A DNA stretch of 63,919 nucleotides, the filler included, from Neoconidiobolus thromboides FSU 785 (lineage: Eukaryota > Fungi > Entomophthoromycota): assembly GCA_025603075.1 (NCBI GenBank). It is 7 parts of 7 records of this genome, joined end to end, with 100 filler letters (N's around TTAATTAATTAA, not from the genome) between each part and the next. Parts side by side here need not be neighbours in the genome. Positions count along the whole stretch, not along the records: positions 17,433 to 43,915 come from MU626508.1; positions 44,016 to 60,033 come from MU626593.1; 5 more parts are not named here. One strand, given 5' to 3'. This document shows positions 39,901 to 53,443 of the stretch, one piece after another. Position 1 is the stretch's first letter. Every line of letters starts with the position of its first letter. Position numbers and translations under genes: made by a program. Below the pieces are notes generated by a model. It was not told the origin of the DNA. It made no database searches and worked only from the letters and a program-made list of their open reading frames with translations.

Positions 39901-40082
39901 AATAATCCTAATCCTAATCCTAATTCTATTTCAACCCTAACTCTGGCCATAACTTTAGGCATAATACTAACGTTAATGTTAACTCTAACTCTAACTTTAA
40001 TTTCAACTATAGCTACAGTATTGGCTCTAATCATAAATCTATATGTAACTTCATGCCGCTCTAAAGCCAACGTTATCATACC
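39901..40082. repeat. Degenerate hexamer-periodic array (YTAAYY-like; TTAGGA/TTAGAG/TTAGGG on the minus strand)
   Basis: CCTAAT x3, CCCTAA, CTAACT x2 and TTAACT/TTAATG variants in 6-bp register. Confidence 0.55.
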
Positions 40083-41122
40083 AGGTACCCAGCTAATATT
40101 GTGTTTTACTTTAAATGCTACCTTATGATTTTCCAACATGAAACTATTACTTAATTTTTTTGTATAATTTTTGATAGAGGAGTGGTAAGTTTTCATAATC
40201 AATATTTTTTGTATTATCAGCTTATTATTTAAACTATGGCTATTTGTTATTTACCATATATCTGAATATAGAGCTAATGTGAAGTAGTTTCCCTTTTTGC
40301 AATAAAAACAACTTATAACACCTTGAATACATATTTATAAGTAGTTTTATATTTTAGGTTGATAATATTAGTATACGATACAAATAAAACAAAATGCCCA
40401 TATTTAGTATAATGCTAACTATCTGTACACATATTGGATTTTAAAGTGTGAGCCATAATATGATTCATACAATGGTCATTAGTTTTAAATAATTAACTCA
40501 TTTTCAATTTATGACGACTATAACAATGCTACAATTTTTTAAAAAGTGGATTACATTTTTGCTAAATACTATTGATAAGTTATCCTTTTTATGAACTTCG
40601 ATTCTTATATAAACCTAAGCATAGTTTAATACTTTCTAGTTTTTAAAAGTATAGTACATAAGCAGTTATTGAATTATAGACTATAATAAAATACCCTTTT
40701 TAAAAAAATAAGGGGTAAAAAGATTATTGGGTTTACAATCAATCAAAATCAATCGCTATAACAATAAACAAAGCCTGTAGAGCTACTTTTGGAATTAAAA
40801 ATTAATTTATATAAATTATCATGTTATCGGTAATAAGATTTCTTAGAATATTAAACAGGATAACATCCAGATGTTTTATTAAGAAAAATACTAGAAAATA
40901 GGATTTAAACTCAAAAGGGCAATCTATTTAGGAATATATTTAGCAATATGGGGTTAAAAGTATATAAACATCAAAGTTTGGTGATATATCACATTATACT
41001 GCTCTGGCCATTATACATTAATACCAAATAATAAGAAAAATAGCTAATAAAATATACATCTCATTTTAAAAGGTATAAATAGTAAGAAATAATTTAAATG
41101 AAAAAACAAACTATTTATCACT

Positions 41123-41869
41123 ATGATATTCCGATTTCTTTTCTTTACCTTTACTGCCTCTTTATTAGCACATATGGAATTTGTTACTCCATATCATCGT
41201 AGGTCAAAGTTTTCTCCATATTATCAACAAACCAATAATGTTGATTATGATGGCTTGAATCCGTTAGGTAGTAAGGTGAGTATCGACTTCTTCAACATAT
41301 GAACTTAATATCAAATTCACTATGATAGAAAAACAGATATAGCTTTAAAAATTCTTTAATATTAAATGATCAGGATGTTAATCATATTTTAATTTGTTTA
41401 GGCTGGATTTACTTATCCTTTTCCATGTAAAGGTCATGCAAAGGGTCCTGTACAAGCAAGCTATCAGGCTGGTAGCTCAATTGCAGTAGCGTTAACTGGA
41501 AGTGCCAAACATAATGGTGGGCACTGCCAATTTGCATTAAGCTATGATGACAAAAAGTTTGTGGTGTTGAAGGATGTGTTCACCAATTGTATCATCGACA
41601 GCGTGAATTATAGCATTCCACTACCAGGTAACATTCCACCAAGCAAAAACGCTACTTTAGTTTGGGGATGGATAAATGCTGTTGGTAATAGAGAATGGTA
41701 TATGAACTGTATTGACATTGAAATTACTGGTGGCACATCGGGTGGGAAATTAACTGGTAAAGAAATGTTAGTTGCCAATCTACCAGGTTATCCTGTTTTT
41801 GAAGAATTTTCGATTGCTGGTCCACAATTAGAAAAATTCAATTCTCGCAACACTATTTCAATTCCTTAA
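41123..41869 (+). CDS. AA11-like lytic polysaccharide monooxygenase, copy A (1 intron)
   Basis: 16-aa signal peptide then His1 (HMEFVTP); YPFPCKG, HNGGHCQF, WINAVGNREWYMNCIDIEI. Confidence 0.85.
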
Positions 41870-43301
41870 TGTTAATGTTTAATACCTAATTAAATTTGAA
41901 CAATGTATTTTACTTTGTTTTTGATCTCTGCTATCATTTAAAAATTTTAATAGTTAATAATTAATAATATTGATTCAGCGTATTTTGTTGCTTAATAATA
42001 ATCATTATTATAGTTTTAGCGTAGTCTAATATAGATTGATCCTAATGAAAATAAAATGTAGTAGACATTGTAGAAAGATACCATCATTTAAAATGAATCA
42101 ATCACTTAGAGATATATTACATTTTACTTGTTATTTAGGTTAATGTTTCTAAACACAAAAGGATTTTTTAATACAATTTAATGAAAAATATAGATCAATC
42201 AAGAAATGCAGCTTATGGAGGGAGCAGTTTATATGAGTAATTTTTTAATTTTTATAACAAAGGACCAATTTTTACAGCATTGAGCATCAAACCTAATGTC
42301 AACTCTAACAGTACCATAGTACCATCATTTTAAAGTGAAATTTAATATAGATTTTAACCTAGACAGTTTACTATAATACAACTATTGCTATGGAATTTCA
42401 CCATAACAGTTTTTAATTTTATTTCTTATTTCTTAACAGACTTGCTTTATTAGAAGGAGATGAATTTTTTAGCAAAATTCATGTAATCTCCTACTTAGCT
42501 TGTTCACCGTCACACTAAATAATTTAAAATAGATACTTTAGTGCATTATTTCTTACCTTCTCTATAATCTTAATTTGATAAAAACAAATATATAGCATAA
42601 ATGAAAAAGTATTTAACTTTAGTGTAATGGTAATTGTTTTTGTATATCTTAAATCTCCAATAATCAAATAAAATAGAAGTTATAAAATACATTCCCATAT
42701 TACTTTTAAATAACTATTCACTCTAATTTAAAAATCAAATGCTAATGGTAGTAACTTATTTCACTGATTTCAATCAACCGTAATTATTAAATGATTATTC
42801 AACAAAAAATATTTATTGCTTTTGGGTATTTTGATAATCATTATGTACTATAAAAAATACAATATATACACAACAATGTATAGCCAACATAAAATATCCT
42901 TTTTAAAAAATAAGGGTCAAAAAGATTGCCTGAATTTAAATAAACCAAAACAACTACCATTATAAGTGAAACTCATAGTTACTTTACGGATTTAATAAAT
43001 TATTCCATATAAGCTATGATATTATATTTAAAATATCCCTAAAAACGTTAAAAGGGTTAGCTCCAAAATTTTTATTAAAAATAATTGAAGTATGTTCTAA
43101 ACTCAAAAATTAGAAGCATTGGTGATATATTTGGTAATATGGTGTTAAAACTTATAGGCATCAAAGTTTGATGACATATCACATTGTAGTATTAGTATCA
43201 TTATACATTGATATTGAACATAAAAAAATAACTCATTTAAAATAGTATAAAAAGAAAAAAATGAAACGAATAAAGTAAACAGTGAAAATAAGTTCATAGC
43301 C

Positions 43302-43915
43302 ATGATTTTGCAGCTCTTCTGTCTTATCTTTGCTACATCTTCATTAGCACATATGGAGTTTATTACCCCATATCATCGTAGATCAAAGTACTCTCCTTAT
43401 TATCAACAAACTAATAACGTTGATTATGATGGATTAAATCCCTTAGGCAGTAAGGTAAGTAGTGTTTTCACATATATATGACTTTCATAACAAGCGAAAA
43501 TATCATAAAGTAAGTATTAACTCCAATTCATCTTACTTAGGCTGGAGCCACTTATCCTTTCCCATGCAAAGGTCATCCAAAAGGTCCTGTGCAAGCAAGT
43601 TATCAAGCTGGTAGCTCAATTGCAGTAGAACTTACTGGAGTTGCTATACACAATGGTGGACATTGTCAGTTTGCATTAAGTTATGATGATAAAAAGTTTG
43701 TAGTATTAAAAGATGTATTCAACAATTGCATCATTGATAGTTTAAAATATAATATACCATTACCAAGTAATATTCCACCAAGTAAAAATGCAACCTTAGC
43801 TTGGGGGTGGATAAATGCTAGTGGTAACAGGGAATGGTATATGAACTGCGTTGATATTGAAATTACCGGTGGTACACCAGGTGGTAAACTAACTGGTAAA
43901 GAAATGTTGGTTGCT
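43302..43915 (+). CDS. AA11-like LPMO, copy B (3' truncated by contig end)
   Basis: Same motifs and same intron position as copy A. Confidence 0.85.
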
Positions 43916-44015
43916 NNNNNNNNNNNNNNNNNNNNNNNNNNNNNNNNNNNNNNNNNNNNTTAATTAATTAANNNNNNNNNNNNNNNNNNNNNNNNNNNNN
44001 NNNNNNNNNNNNNNN
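43916..44015. other. Artificial contig linker
   Basis: N44-TTAATTAATTAA-N44. Confidence 0.98.
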
Positions 44016-44025
44016 AAAATGGAGA

Positions 44026-44098
44026 TGATCCCGCCAGGGATCGAACCTGGAATCGCTTGTTCCGTAGACAAGCGCCTTATCCATTGGGCCACGGGACC
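44026..44098 (-). tRNA. tRNA-Arg(ACG)
   Basis: 73 nt; acceptor GGTCCCG/CGGGATC, anticodon arm CTTGT-CTACGGA-ACAAG, T loop GGTTCGATCC, T4 terminator. Confidence 0.95.
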
Positions 44099-44419
44099 TT
44101 TTACTTTTCTTTTTAGTTTCACATAGAGAACGTTTTTATATAAACTGCAACTTTGTCAAATATTACTAATTAATACCAACTAAAGTCTAAGAGATTTAGG
44201 TTGGTTATAGATGGTTTAAAGAATTTTATTGTATGGTTTGTATAATTAACTTAATAAATTTATTACATATAACTTTATGGCCTTTTAATTGATATATATT
44301 GTCCCTGTTGTTTTATCAGATCTAGATATTTTTAATTCACTTATAAATATTGAAATATAAAGTCCAATTTAAAATAAACCAAAATTTTGAGTTAAAGAAA
44401 CTAAAAAGTATTACAAAAG

Positions 44420-45759
44420 ATGACTTGTTTTTTGACTAAATCTAAAGAAATGAGTTTGGGCTACAAATACATCCAAAAATTGCTTTTAGGAGAAGAAAAA
44501 ATTAAACGATTGTTGATTGAAGATACTGTTCAACAATCCTATTGGAATCTAATTACAGCTTTAAGTTATCAGTTAATTGAAAAGTAAGGATTTGTTATGC
44601 TTTTTTATTTTTTTGATTGAACTATTTTTTAATTATAGCGATAAAGACGTTTTATTTCTTTTGATGGAAAACAATGCTTGTCAATTAGATGGTTATTTGC
44701 AAAATGTTAAAGATAAAAAGAGGTAAGTCAATGATTATAAAGATTTTAGAATGTTGTATTAATGAGATAGATTACATTATATTGAAGGTTTAGAAGATGA
44801 TGGAGAGTTTGAAATGAAGAAATTGAAACAAAGAGTTATTGAAACTATTAGTGAGTTACTAGGTTAAATTTTAATAGAATGGAATTTAATATTCTTAGAA
44901 ATCATCAACAATGAAACAATACTATTTATCGAGTGTAATAATTTATATTTTTATATCAAAGATAAAGTAGAATTTTACACCTTTATTAAAGAAATGAACA
45001 AGCTACTAAAAGGTAATGTAATAAACAATCACATATATTACACAAATCTTAGTAACAATTATCAATTAGATCAAGTGGTATTTTTATATCATCAGGATAT
45101 TGAAGACTCAAACTTAGCCATTAATTTAGATTATATAAGTAACAGTCAATTGAAAATAGAAAATTTAGCTATGAAAAATGAATGGGATCAAAACTTTATC
45201 CAATATGAATATTTACAACTACATTTAAATTGTAATCAGAAAGATAATTTTGTTTTAAATTTTACATTACCTTTGAATTTAGGTAAAGTTATTAGAGAGG
45301 TAATAAAATTCGATTGTTTTTTTCTAAGAAATAAGTTTAGTTGAATTTTAGAAATGTATATTAAAGATCGATTATAATAAGAATATGGGGAGTGGGGAAT
45401 ATGTTGAGTTGAACTTTGAGGAATATATTGAAGATGAAAGCTCAAAAGCAGATAAAGAAGATGATGATAAGAACCCATTAAATATAAACAATAATAATGA
45501 AAAGGTACTTTAATTAATAATACTTGAATTAGTAACATTATTTACATATATCAATCTACTTTAATAGAATAATACGGGTATTGAAGGATTGTCATTTAAT
45601 TTGAGTTTAACAGATAAACAAAAAGAAGCTAAAGAACAAGTGAAATTACCTTATTTAGCTACGTCTCAATCTGAATTAAAATTAGGTACAATCCATTATC
45701 ATCCCGATGATAATGATGATTTTGATGAAGATGATCCAGATGATGATTTAGAGATTTAA
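44420..45759 (+). CDS. ELP5: Elongator subunit 5 (Iki1), multi-exon
   Basis: Diagnostic C-terminus LSFNLSLTDKQKEAKEQVKLPYL...IHYHPDDNDDFDEDDPDDDLEI*; 5' exons less certain. Confidence 0.8.
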
Positions 45760-45848
45760 TTTAAAAGAAACGTCATAAAAGAAACAAAATAGAAAATAAA
45801 AAAATAACAAATATCATATATTATTAAATCATTTCAACTATTTGCTAT

Positions 45849-47052
45849 TTATTTTTCATTATTATGTAATATTTTAGTTAAATCCTCAATCATAAAATCT
45901 GGGTAGATATTATTTTCTTTCTTTTCCAAAACCTTTATATCAGTAACTCCAGATAACACTAATAAAGTAAACATATTAGCATTTTTACCAAATAAAATGT
46001 CAGTATCTAATCGATCCCCAATCATACAACTACGATTTAAGTTTAATTGATGTTGTTGATTTAAAATATTAATTCCATTTAAACTAGGTTTTCCAATAAT
46101 AATAGGTTGTTGTCCTGTACTTTCAACAATTGGACTTAAAATAGCACCAGTTCCTGGAAAATTAGTGCCTTTTAATGGATAGGTTTTATCACTATTCGTC
46201 ATTAAGAAAGGAATTCCATGTTTAATACATTGATGAGCATAGGCGTATTTACTATAATTAATGTTTGTATCCATACCAGCTAACACTACTGAAATCTATA
46301 AAAAGTAGTCAATAATTACAATAACAATAACTGGTTTTTATTTTTGAAACTCACATTATCATCAGGTTTCAATTTCAATAAACTATCATCTAAAGATACC
46401 TCAGTATTATCCTAATTAATTTAAATATATTTATATTAAATATAATAATAACTTACATCCAAACAAAAATAATTAATATTTAATTCCGACAACTCATGTT
46501 TTAAACCTTCCATACCAATTAGAAATACTTTCTTATTACCTTCCATATTAAAATTTTGTTTAATATATAAAGCCGATAAATAGGCAGAACTTAAGATTTC
46601 CTCCTATTGGGAAAAAAAGGAGGGTTTTAGTATCTAAAGCTGCTGATTAGGGTGATAATAGTAAGATTAATTTACTTTTTTAACCTCAATACCAAAATTT
46701 AAAAACTTTTTGATATATTGTTCACGGCTTTTGGTGGAATTATTTGTAATAAAATACAATTTTTTACCTATTGAAAATGATAAATATGAAATTGTTTTTG
46801 ATATAGAAAAAATTATAAATACTTACCTAACTCTCTTAAGTAATGAATCGTCTCTGGTATCCCTGGAATGACTTCTTTTCCTAGCCATAATACACCTAAT
46901 GAAATTACAAATTATAAAAAAATACTGTATTACATTCTTTGTTTACTATAAAAGTATCTTTACTTACCATCACAATCCAAAATGAAATTATCAAAGGAAT
47001 TTAAAAATTCTTCTTTTTGTTGCTTTGTTTTTAGTTGTTGAATACTGTCCAT
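45849..47052 (-). CDS. PHO13: HAD IIA phosphatase (4-nitrophenyl/phosphoglycolate phosphatase), multi-exon
   Basis: [28 protein letters not shown]...[24 protein letters not shown]...LVLSGV. Confidence 0.92.
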
Positions 47053-47401
47053 ATTATTTTTATAATATTTTATATTTTTAATAGTTTAAAAAAAGTAATA
47101 AGATATATTCTTTTAATCTAACTTTTGATTTTAATTTTGATTTCGTAAATTTAATTTAATTTTTTCTACTCAATTAATTTCGATTTATCATTATGATTTG
47201 TTCTAATTTTAAATCTATTTTTAATTTAGCCTTTATGATAAAAATAGAAACGAATTCATTAAAATAACGTTTAACAATTACTAATTATCAATGATATAAA
47301 ATTTTATTAAAAGAAATAAGAGGTAAGAAATAAGAATAAAAATGTTTAATTTTTTTATCTTCTCATATTACTTAAATTACATCATTTACTTTACTTTACT
47401 T

Positions 47402-50400
47402 TTAAAAACAACGTAATCCAGTAGCATTCCCATCAATTTTAGCCAATTGACAAATATTACATACTTTATCTTTAAATTCTGGTAAATAATTAGCTTTACA
47501 ATAAGCACATTCAACTTTTTCAGAACCTGAATAAATAGGTGTATAACTTTGACAACATAAAGTAAATGGATTATATTGATCATAGTCTAATTCAATTTCA
47601 TCTTTAGAACTACGTTCTGATACTGTTTGTATTTGTTTAGCCTATAAATATTAAGCAATTAAATTTCATCCTTTCATTTACTTAGATATTAACAAGTTTA
47701 CCTGATTAGCTAATTGTTGATTAGGACCTAATTCCAATACACGTTGAGCAAAGGAAGAGGCTGTTAAAAAGTTCTTTTGTTTAAATGAAGTAGTCATGGC
47801 TACTCTTAAAGCTAACAAAGTATGTTGTGGATCCAATTCACAATGAGTAAAATAAGCAGCTAACTCAAGATTCCTTTTAATTGAATCACCATCATTGCTT
47901 AATTCACGTCGAGCTTTTTCCATACTTAAACCAATCACATATTCTCTTGCTATTTTGACCATTTGATGGATCTATAAAGTTAAGAGTTAGACTGCAAATT
48001 TTTTTACATATAAATACTTACTTCTTCTTGTTCTGTTTCTAAATCAGCAATGACTAATGGGATAATTTTTAGAACTTGTTGAAATTGAATTAAACTATCT
48101 TCAATTTTATTAGCTTTAAATAATTTATAACCTTCTTTCAATTGAGTGATGACTTTACTAACAGTAAAAGTAATAATTGGTCTTAGATTTTTTTGACTTT
48201 CATTATAATTTCTACTTAATGAAGTTGATAATGATTTTAACCCATGATTAGCTTCATAATAGGCTTGAGAAGTGGATAATATATCCATAAAGTAAGTTTT
48301 AAGTGGTTCAAAATTAATAATACCAAGTTGACGATTTAATAATTGCATTGCTGATTCAAACGATCCTGCAGCTATATGATCTGCTGCTAAAGGTGAATTT
48401 CTTGCCCATTTATCTAGATCATTACCTCCTTTCTGTGGCATAATAAATTCGGTAGATTGTACACCATTAACTAACTCAGCACCAATAGCTTCATTAATAT
48501 CCATATCATCTTCCAATCCCCATCCACCTTCTTCTTCTGCATCTTCATAATCTTCTCCATCTTCAAAAGTATTTTGTAAAGTATCTGGTTTAGTAGTTGG
48601 TGATGTATAGTCTTCATCTCCCCAGCCATCGGCGGTATCATCAATATCTCCGTCATCACCAAGGTTGATGGCACTACTTTGACTAGCTTCGAGAGCTGCA
48701 AAGAAACGATCGAAGGCTCCTTTAGATACGTTAAGCGTTGGCCAATTACTATCAATAATTCCAGCAATTGGTTTAGAAGGTGTAAATACTTTTTTGTTAA
48801 TTGGTAATTTGGCTAATACTTCTTCAGATATATTAGATGAAGCTAAAATTTCTTCAGCCTCCATTTCTAATCCAGCATTTTTGGCAGTAATGTATGCTAA
48901 GGCATCTATAACAATTTATTAATAACTTATGAAATAAACACATAAATTGAAAATATTACCTTGCCCAGTTTCTCTTAAAACTTTAACTTTTTGTTTAGAA
49001 TCACCGAGATAAAGAGCATTATGAAATTGAGCTTGATAATCGTTTCTTTTTTCTGCAATAGATTGCATTTTTTGGACTTTTTCCAAATCTCCAGTAATAA
49101 AATAAAGGAAAGATAAACGATCAAAATTATGAACTTTCTGATAACATAAAGTGACAATTTGTAAATTCCCTTGTTTAAGTGCTTCTTTACCCAATTTAAT
49201 CCATGTGGTTTCATTATCAATTTCTTTAGCTGAAGTTAAAGCTACATCCAAATTACCACATTCTAATGCTAATTCAAATCGGGTACGTTCTTCTTTAATA
49301 AAATGTAAAGCAATTTCACTATATCCTTTTTTACGTAAATAAGCAATAATAGATTGACCAACTAAATTTGAATGACGAATAGAATGAATTACTTGATCAT
49401 AATCTTGTTTAATTAAAGCTAATTTAAATTTGTACTCAGATGGATCAATAACTGCAGTTTGTGGTTCAGCTAATCGATCTAGATAATGAATTTGTTGATT
49501 TTTTACTTTAGTTAAATAAATGGGCTGATCTAATGTACAAATAATTCCACTATCTCCTTGAGGTAATAGATATTTAATATGATTTAATGTTGTATACAAA
49601 AATACACCAATTGGATCCCAAGCACCACTTTTAACACGAATTGTTTCATGAATTTGACATAATTGAGTTAAATCTTTTTCTGCAATTGTAATTAAATGCT
49701 TACTAAATAATGCAACTTTACTATTATCATTGGACCAATAAATGTATTTGATATCAGATGCAGGTAAAGTAGCAATCTCTTTTTTTTGAGTCACATCAAA
49801 TAAAGCAATTGATTTACTTGAAGAAAGAAGTAAATTACCACCAGGAGCAGCAAAGATCTCATTGACTGGGGTAGTAAGTTTAATCGTTTTTACCGATTTA
49901 CATTCTAGATCACGAATATCTAATTGTTGCTTTTCTTTATCTAAAACAGCAAATCTATTACGACTAATAAAAACTGGAGAAGAGCCCATTCCTTTGAGTC
50001 CAGTGGCCACATCATCAGATTTTGAATTAGCTTTAAATAATTCAAATCTTGTACCACTGTCTGAATCTGAAGATAAAATAACTGTTTTGTCTACTGGATT
50101 AAAAGTCAAAGATCTTGGTGGGGATGTATAACTTCCGCCTTCTTTTTTAATCGTAATCACTGGAGAATCTGAACCGTTAGTAAAATTATGAATTCGAACA
50201 TGATTTTCTTTAACATAAAGCATAGTATCTTGCAAAATGGACATAGCTGGACGTTCTCTTTCAAGTTTAAAAATTATCATACCACCGTCATGACCTTTAA
50301 TAAAAAAAACAATTAATAATTAAAATATAATAAGCATTCGTAACTTACCAGCAGCAAATACATTAAGATTAGGATGTGAAGCTAATACCCAGTATCTTTC

Positions 50401-51510
50401 ACCTTCTCTGCGAAAAGTTTGTAATAAAGAACGTTTAGTCATATCCCAAACTCTAATGGATCGATCTTCCGAATTAGAAACTAAAAGTTCTTGACGTGGA
50501 TGAAAAGTACAACAAGATACATTGTTATAATGACCGCGACAAGTATCAACTTCCCATGCACGCGAGTCTATAAAAAAAGAAACCAATTAATCAATCTATT
50601 AAAAGATGATAAAGTTAATTACCGTTCATTCTCCATAATTTAACTTGACGATCATCGCCGCCAGAAACAATTAATGGCATGGTTGGATGAAATTCAACCC
50701 AATTGACACCTTTGGTATGTCCTTCCAAAACGAACTTAACAGTCACTTCCATATTACCAAATACATCTGTTGTTTGTGCTAACATACGGATAGCTTCTTC
50801 TTCTGGAGTTCGAGTTGAGGCTGATTGTGGAGTATAATACTTTTTACGTAAACCTAAAATAAAATTAACTCATTAAAATCTTAATATTAAATATTAAATA
50901 TTACTCGAAAAATCCCAGATTCTAACGGTCAAATCAAGACAAGCGGACGCAATTAAGTCTTGACTTGGATGAAACTTAGCACACATAATGTAATGATTAT
51001 GACCAGTCACAGTGGAGATACAATTTCTAGATTGCCAATTCCAAATACGAATTGTCTGATCATCCGAAGCGGACATAATCCAAGGTAATTCATGATGAAA
51101 AGTAACGGTACGAATATAATCCATATGACCAGTTAATGTAAATAAGCAACGTCTAGTTTTTAAACTCCATACTTTAATTTTTTTATCATCTCCACCGGAG
51201 CAAAAGATATCTTGAGTGGGATGGAAAGCTACACCACGTACAGGGCCTAGGGAAATGAAGTTAGTGAGTTAATATGAAGGGAATGAATTTACCATCATGT
51301 TCTTCAAATTTATCTATCAATGTTCCCATACGATAATCCCATAATTGAATGGTACCGTTATGTAAAGTTGATAATACCCATGGTCGCTTAGGATGGAAAG
51401 CGATTCCTTTTACTCGGTTGCTCTTGGATTCAAACTAAATATTATTTTTTTAATGAAATTTTGTTTCTGTTATTTTATTATTTTACCTTAGTTAGAAGCT
51501 TTAATGTCAT
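47402..51510 (-). CDS. COP1: Coatomer subunit alpha, multi-exon
   Basis: [29 protein letters not shown]40 repeats, [52 protein letters not shown]. Confidence 0.97.
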
Positions 51511-51807
51511 TTATTGTTTATTTTTATTTTTTTGAGTTAAAAACAAAGTATTGATCCTATTTTTAAGCTTTATTATTAAATGACAGACTTGTTAATTCTA
51601 ATGTTCTACCTAGATGATTGAAGCTACGTGTAAGAATTTAAGTTTACTCTAAAAATATCAACTAACTTCCATTTGATTTGATAAAATTTCAATTCGGTTT
51701 CTAATTTTATTAGTTGACTTAAGATCATTGGTTGAAAAATAAATTTATTACACATAGTAAAAAACAAAAAAATTGTTTGATATAGTTTATATTGACTTTA
51801 GGAAACA

Positions 51808-52889
51808 ATGAACTTTAATAATTGGATTTTGAGTATAATAACTCTGTTATTTATAACACATGTATCTTGTGAGGGAAGCAACAGCTCGGAACAAAAGGAT
51901 GGTCAAGATAATGAACAAGCTCAACTTATTTTATCAAACTTAAAAGTATCTATTAACGATAAAGTAGGTAATCCAGTGATAAGTAAGAAGTAAGTATATT
52001 CAAGCAATATCACTAGTAAAAACTTTTTTAAATTGAATGTTTTTAGATTAACTTATCCAAAACCATTGAATTCTATTTTAACTACTGAAGAAGGACAATC
52101 TTATCGCATTTCTTTTACAGCAAAAAAGAAAACTATTTCTAATGACGAAGAAGCTATTAAATTAAATTTAGCTGTTGTATTATTTAATCATACAGAAACA
52201 TCCAAATTATCATATTTACCATTTAAACAAAGTAAAGGAGCGAATTATAAATTAACTTTGGTAATTCATTATATTTATTTAATGATAGAATAATATGTTT
52301 AAATTGGTTTTTATTTTAGGGCCCAAAAAAGCTCCCAAATTTTATAAAGAAAAATCCAGGGAATTATGAAGTAACTTTATTACTTGGGGGAGTAAAAAAA
52401 GTGGAATCAATTAAATACAAGGTTGGTAAAGTAGAGTTTAAAGTTGATAAATTAACTGAAGAAAATAAAAAATATCAATTTGAACCCAAACCAATAATTG
52501 AACATCAATTTCGTCAACCAGATAAAATAGCTAACTCTACTTTATCTTATCTATTTTCTATATTAGTACTATCTCCTTGGTTAATATTATTAGGCTTGGC
52601 AAGTTTATTTCATATATATATATATAATACTAATGATTACTAATAGTGGTCCAAATTAAATATTAATATTAAAGAGTTTCCATTTAATGAACCTACTGCA
52701 TTGATCTATTCATCTTCTTTTATTGTATGTTTATCGGGTTATTTGATATTAGCTTATTTATATTGGATCCGATTAACTATCTTTGATACTTTATTTTGTT
52801 TCTTTCCATTGACTTTAGCTACTATTGTATTTGGTAAATTTACTTTATCTCGCGCTCAAGCTAAATTACATGTCAAAGCTAAAAATTAA
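51808..52889 (+). CDS. SWP1: Oligosaccharyltransferase subunit Swp1/ribophorin II, multi-exon
   Basis: Signal peptide; FEPKPIIEHQFRQPDK followed by three TM helices (YWIRLTIFDTL). Confidence 0.88.
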
Positions 52890-53011
52890 ATTTTATTAAA
52901 AATAAAATCAAAACACCATATTAATAACATAATAGCAATTATAATATATTTTAAAACTAACAAAAGTACAAAATTTACGCTCATTTTTATTTCATAATGA
53001 TATAAATTTAA

Positions 53012-53443
53012 TTAGTATCTCCCACATTCATTTCTAACATCAATCCAATCAAAGATGCAACCTCTACCTGTTTCATAATTATAATCATAACAATCCCAAT
53101 TTCCACTACCTCGATTATAAGTCCAGCAAGGTGGGCAGTTAAATCCATCATAACAAAAAGCACCACTATTACCACGATTACATCTTTCATTACCTCTTGG
53201 GCATCTTGATCTTTGACCATAATCTGGTCTTGGTCGATTGTAATGATGACCTGAATCATATCGATCGTCGTCGTCGTCGTCATCGTCGTCATATCGTGGA
53301 CGATATCCTCCATTAGAATTTAATTCTTTAGAAGGAATATTTTCCTTAATTTTTAGTTCAGCGTTACTAGCTACTTTGGAACTTAATATATTTGGGATAT
53401 TGACCAGCAATAATGAGACTAAACTAATGATTTTCATTGTCAA
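53012..53443 (-). CDS. Small secreted protein: signal peptide, poly-Asp tract, 8-Cys C-terminal domain
   Basis: 143-aa intronless ORF with D9 tract and CPRGNERC...C...CPPCW...C...C...C. Confidence 0.75.
   Translation of the reverse strand: MTMKIISLVSLLLVNIPNILSSKVASNAELKIKENIPSKELNSNGGYRPRYDDDDDDDDDRYDSGHHYNRPRPDYGQRSRCPRGNERCNRGNSGAFCYDGFNCPPCWTYNRGSGNWDCYDYNYETGRGCIFDWIDVRNECGRY

Noticed and set aside
39867-40202. 111-aa minus-strand ORF
   Set aside because: Explained by the hexamer periodicity; no family motif.
44026-45759. ELP5 next to a tRNA gene as a functional cluster
   Set aside because: Elongator modifies wobble U34, whereas tRNA-Arg(ACG) has A34/I34; likely coincidence.
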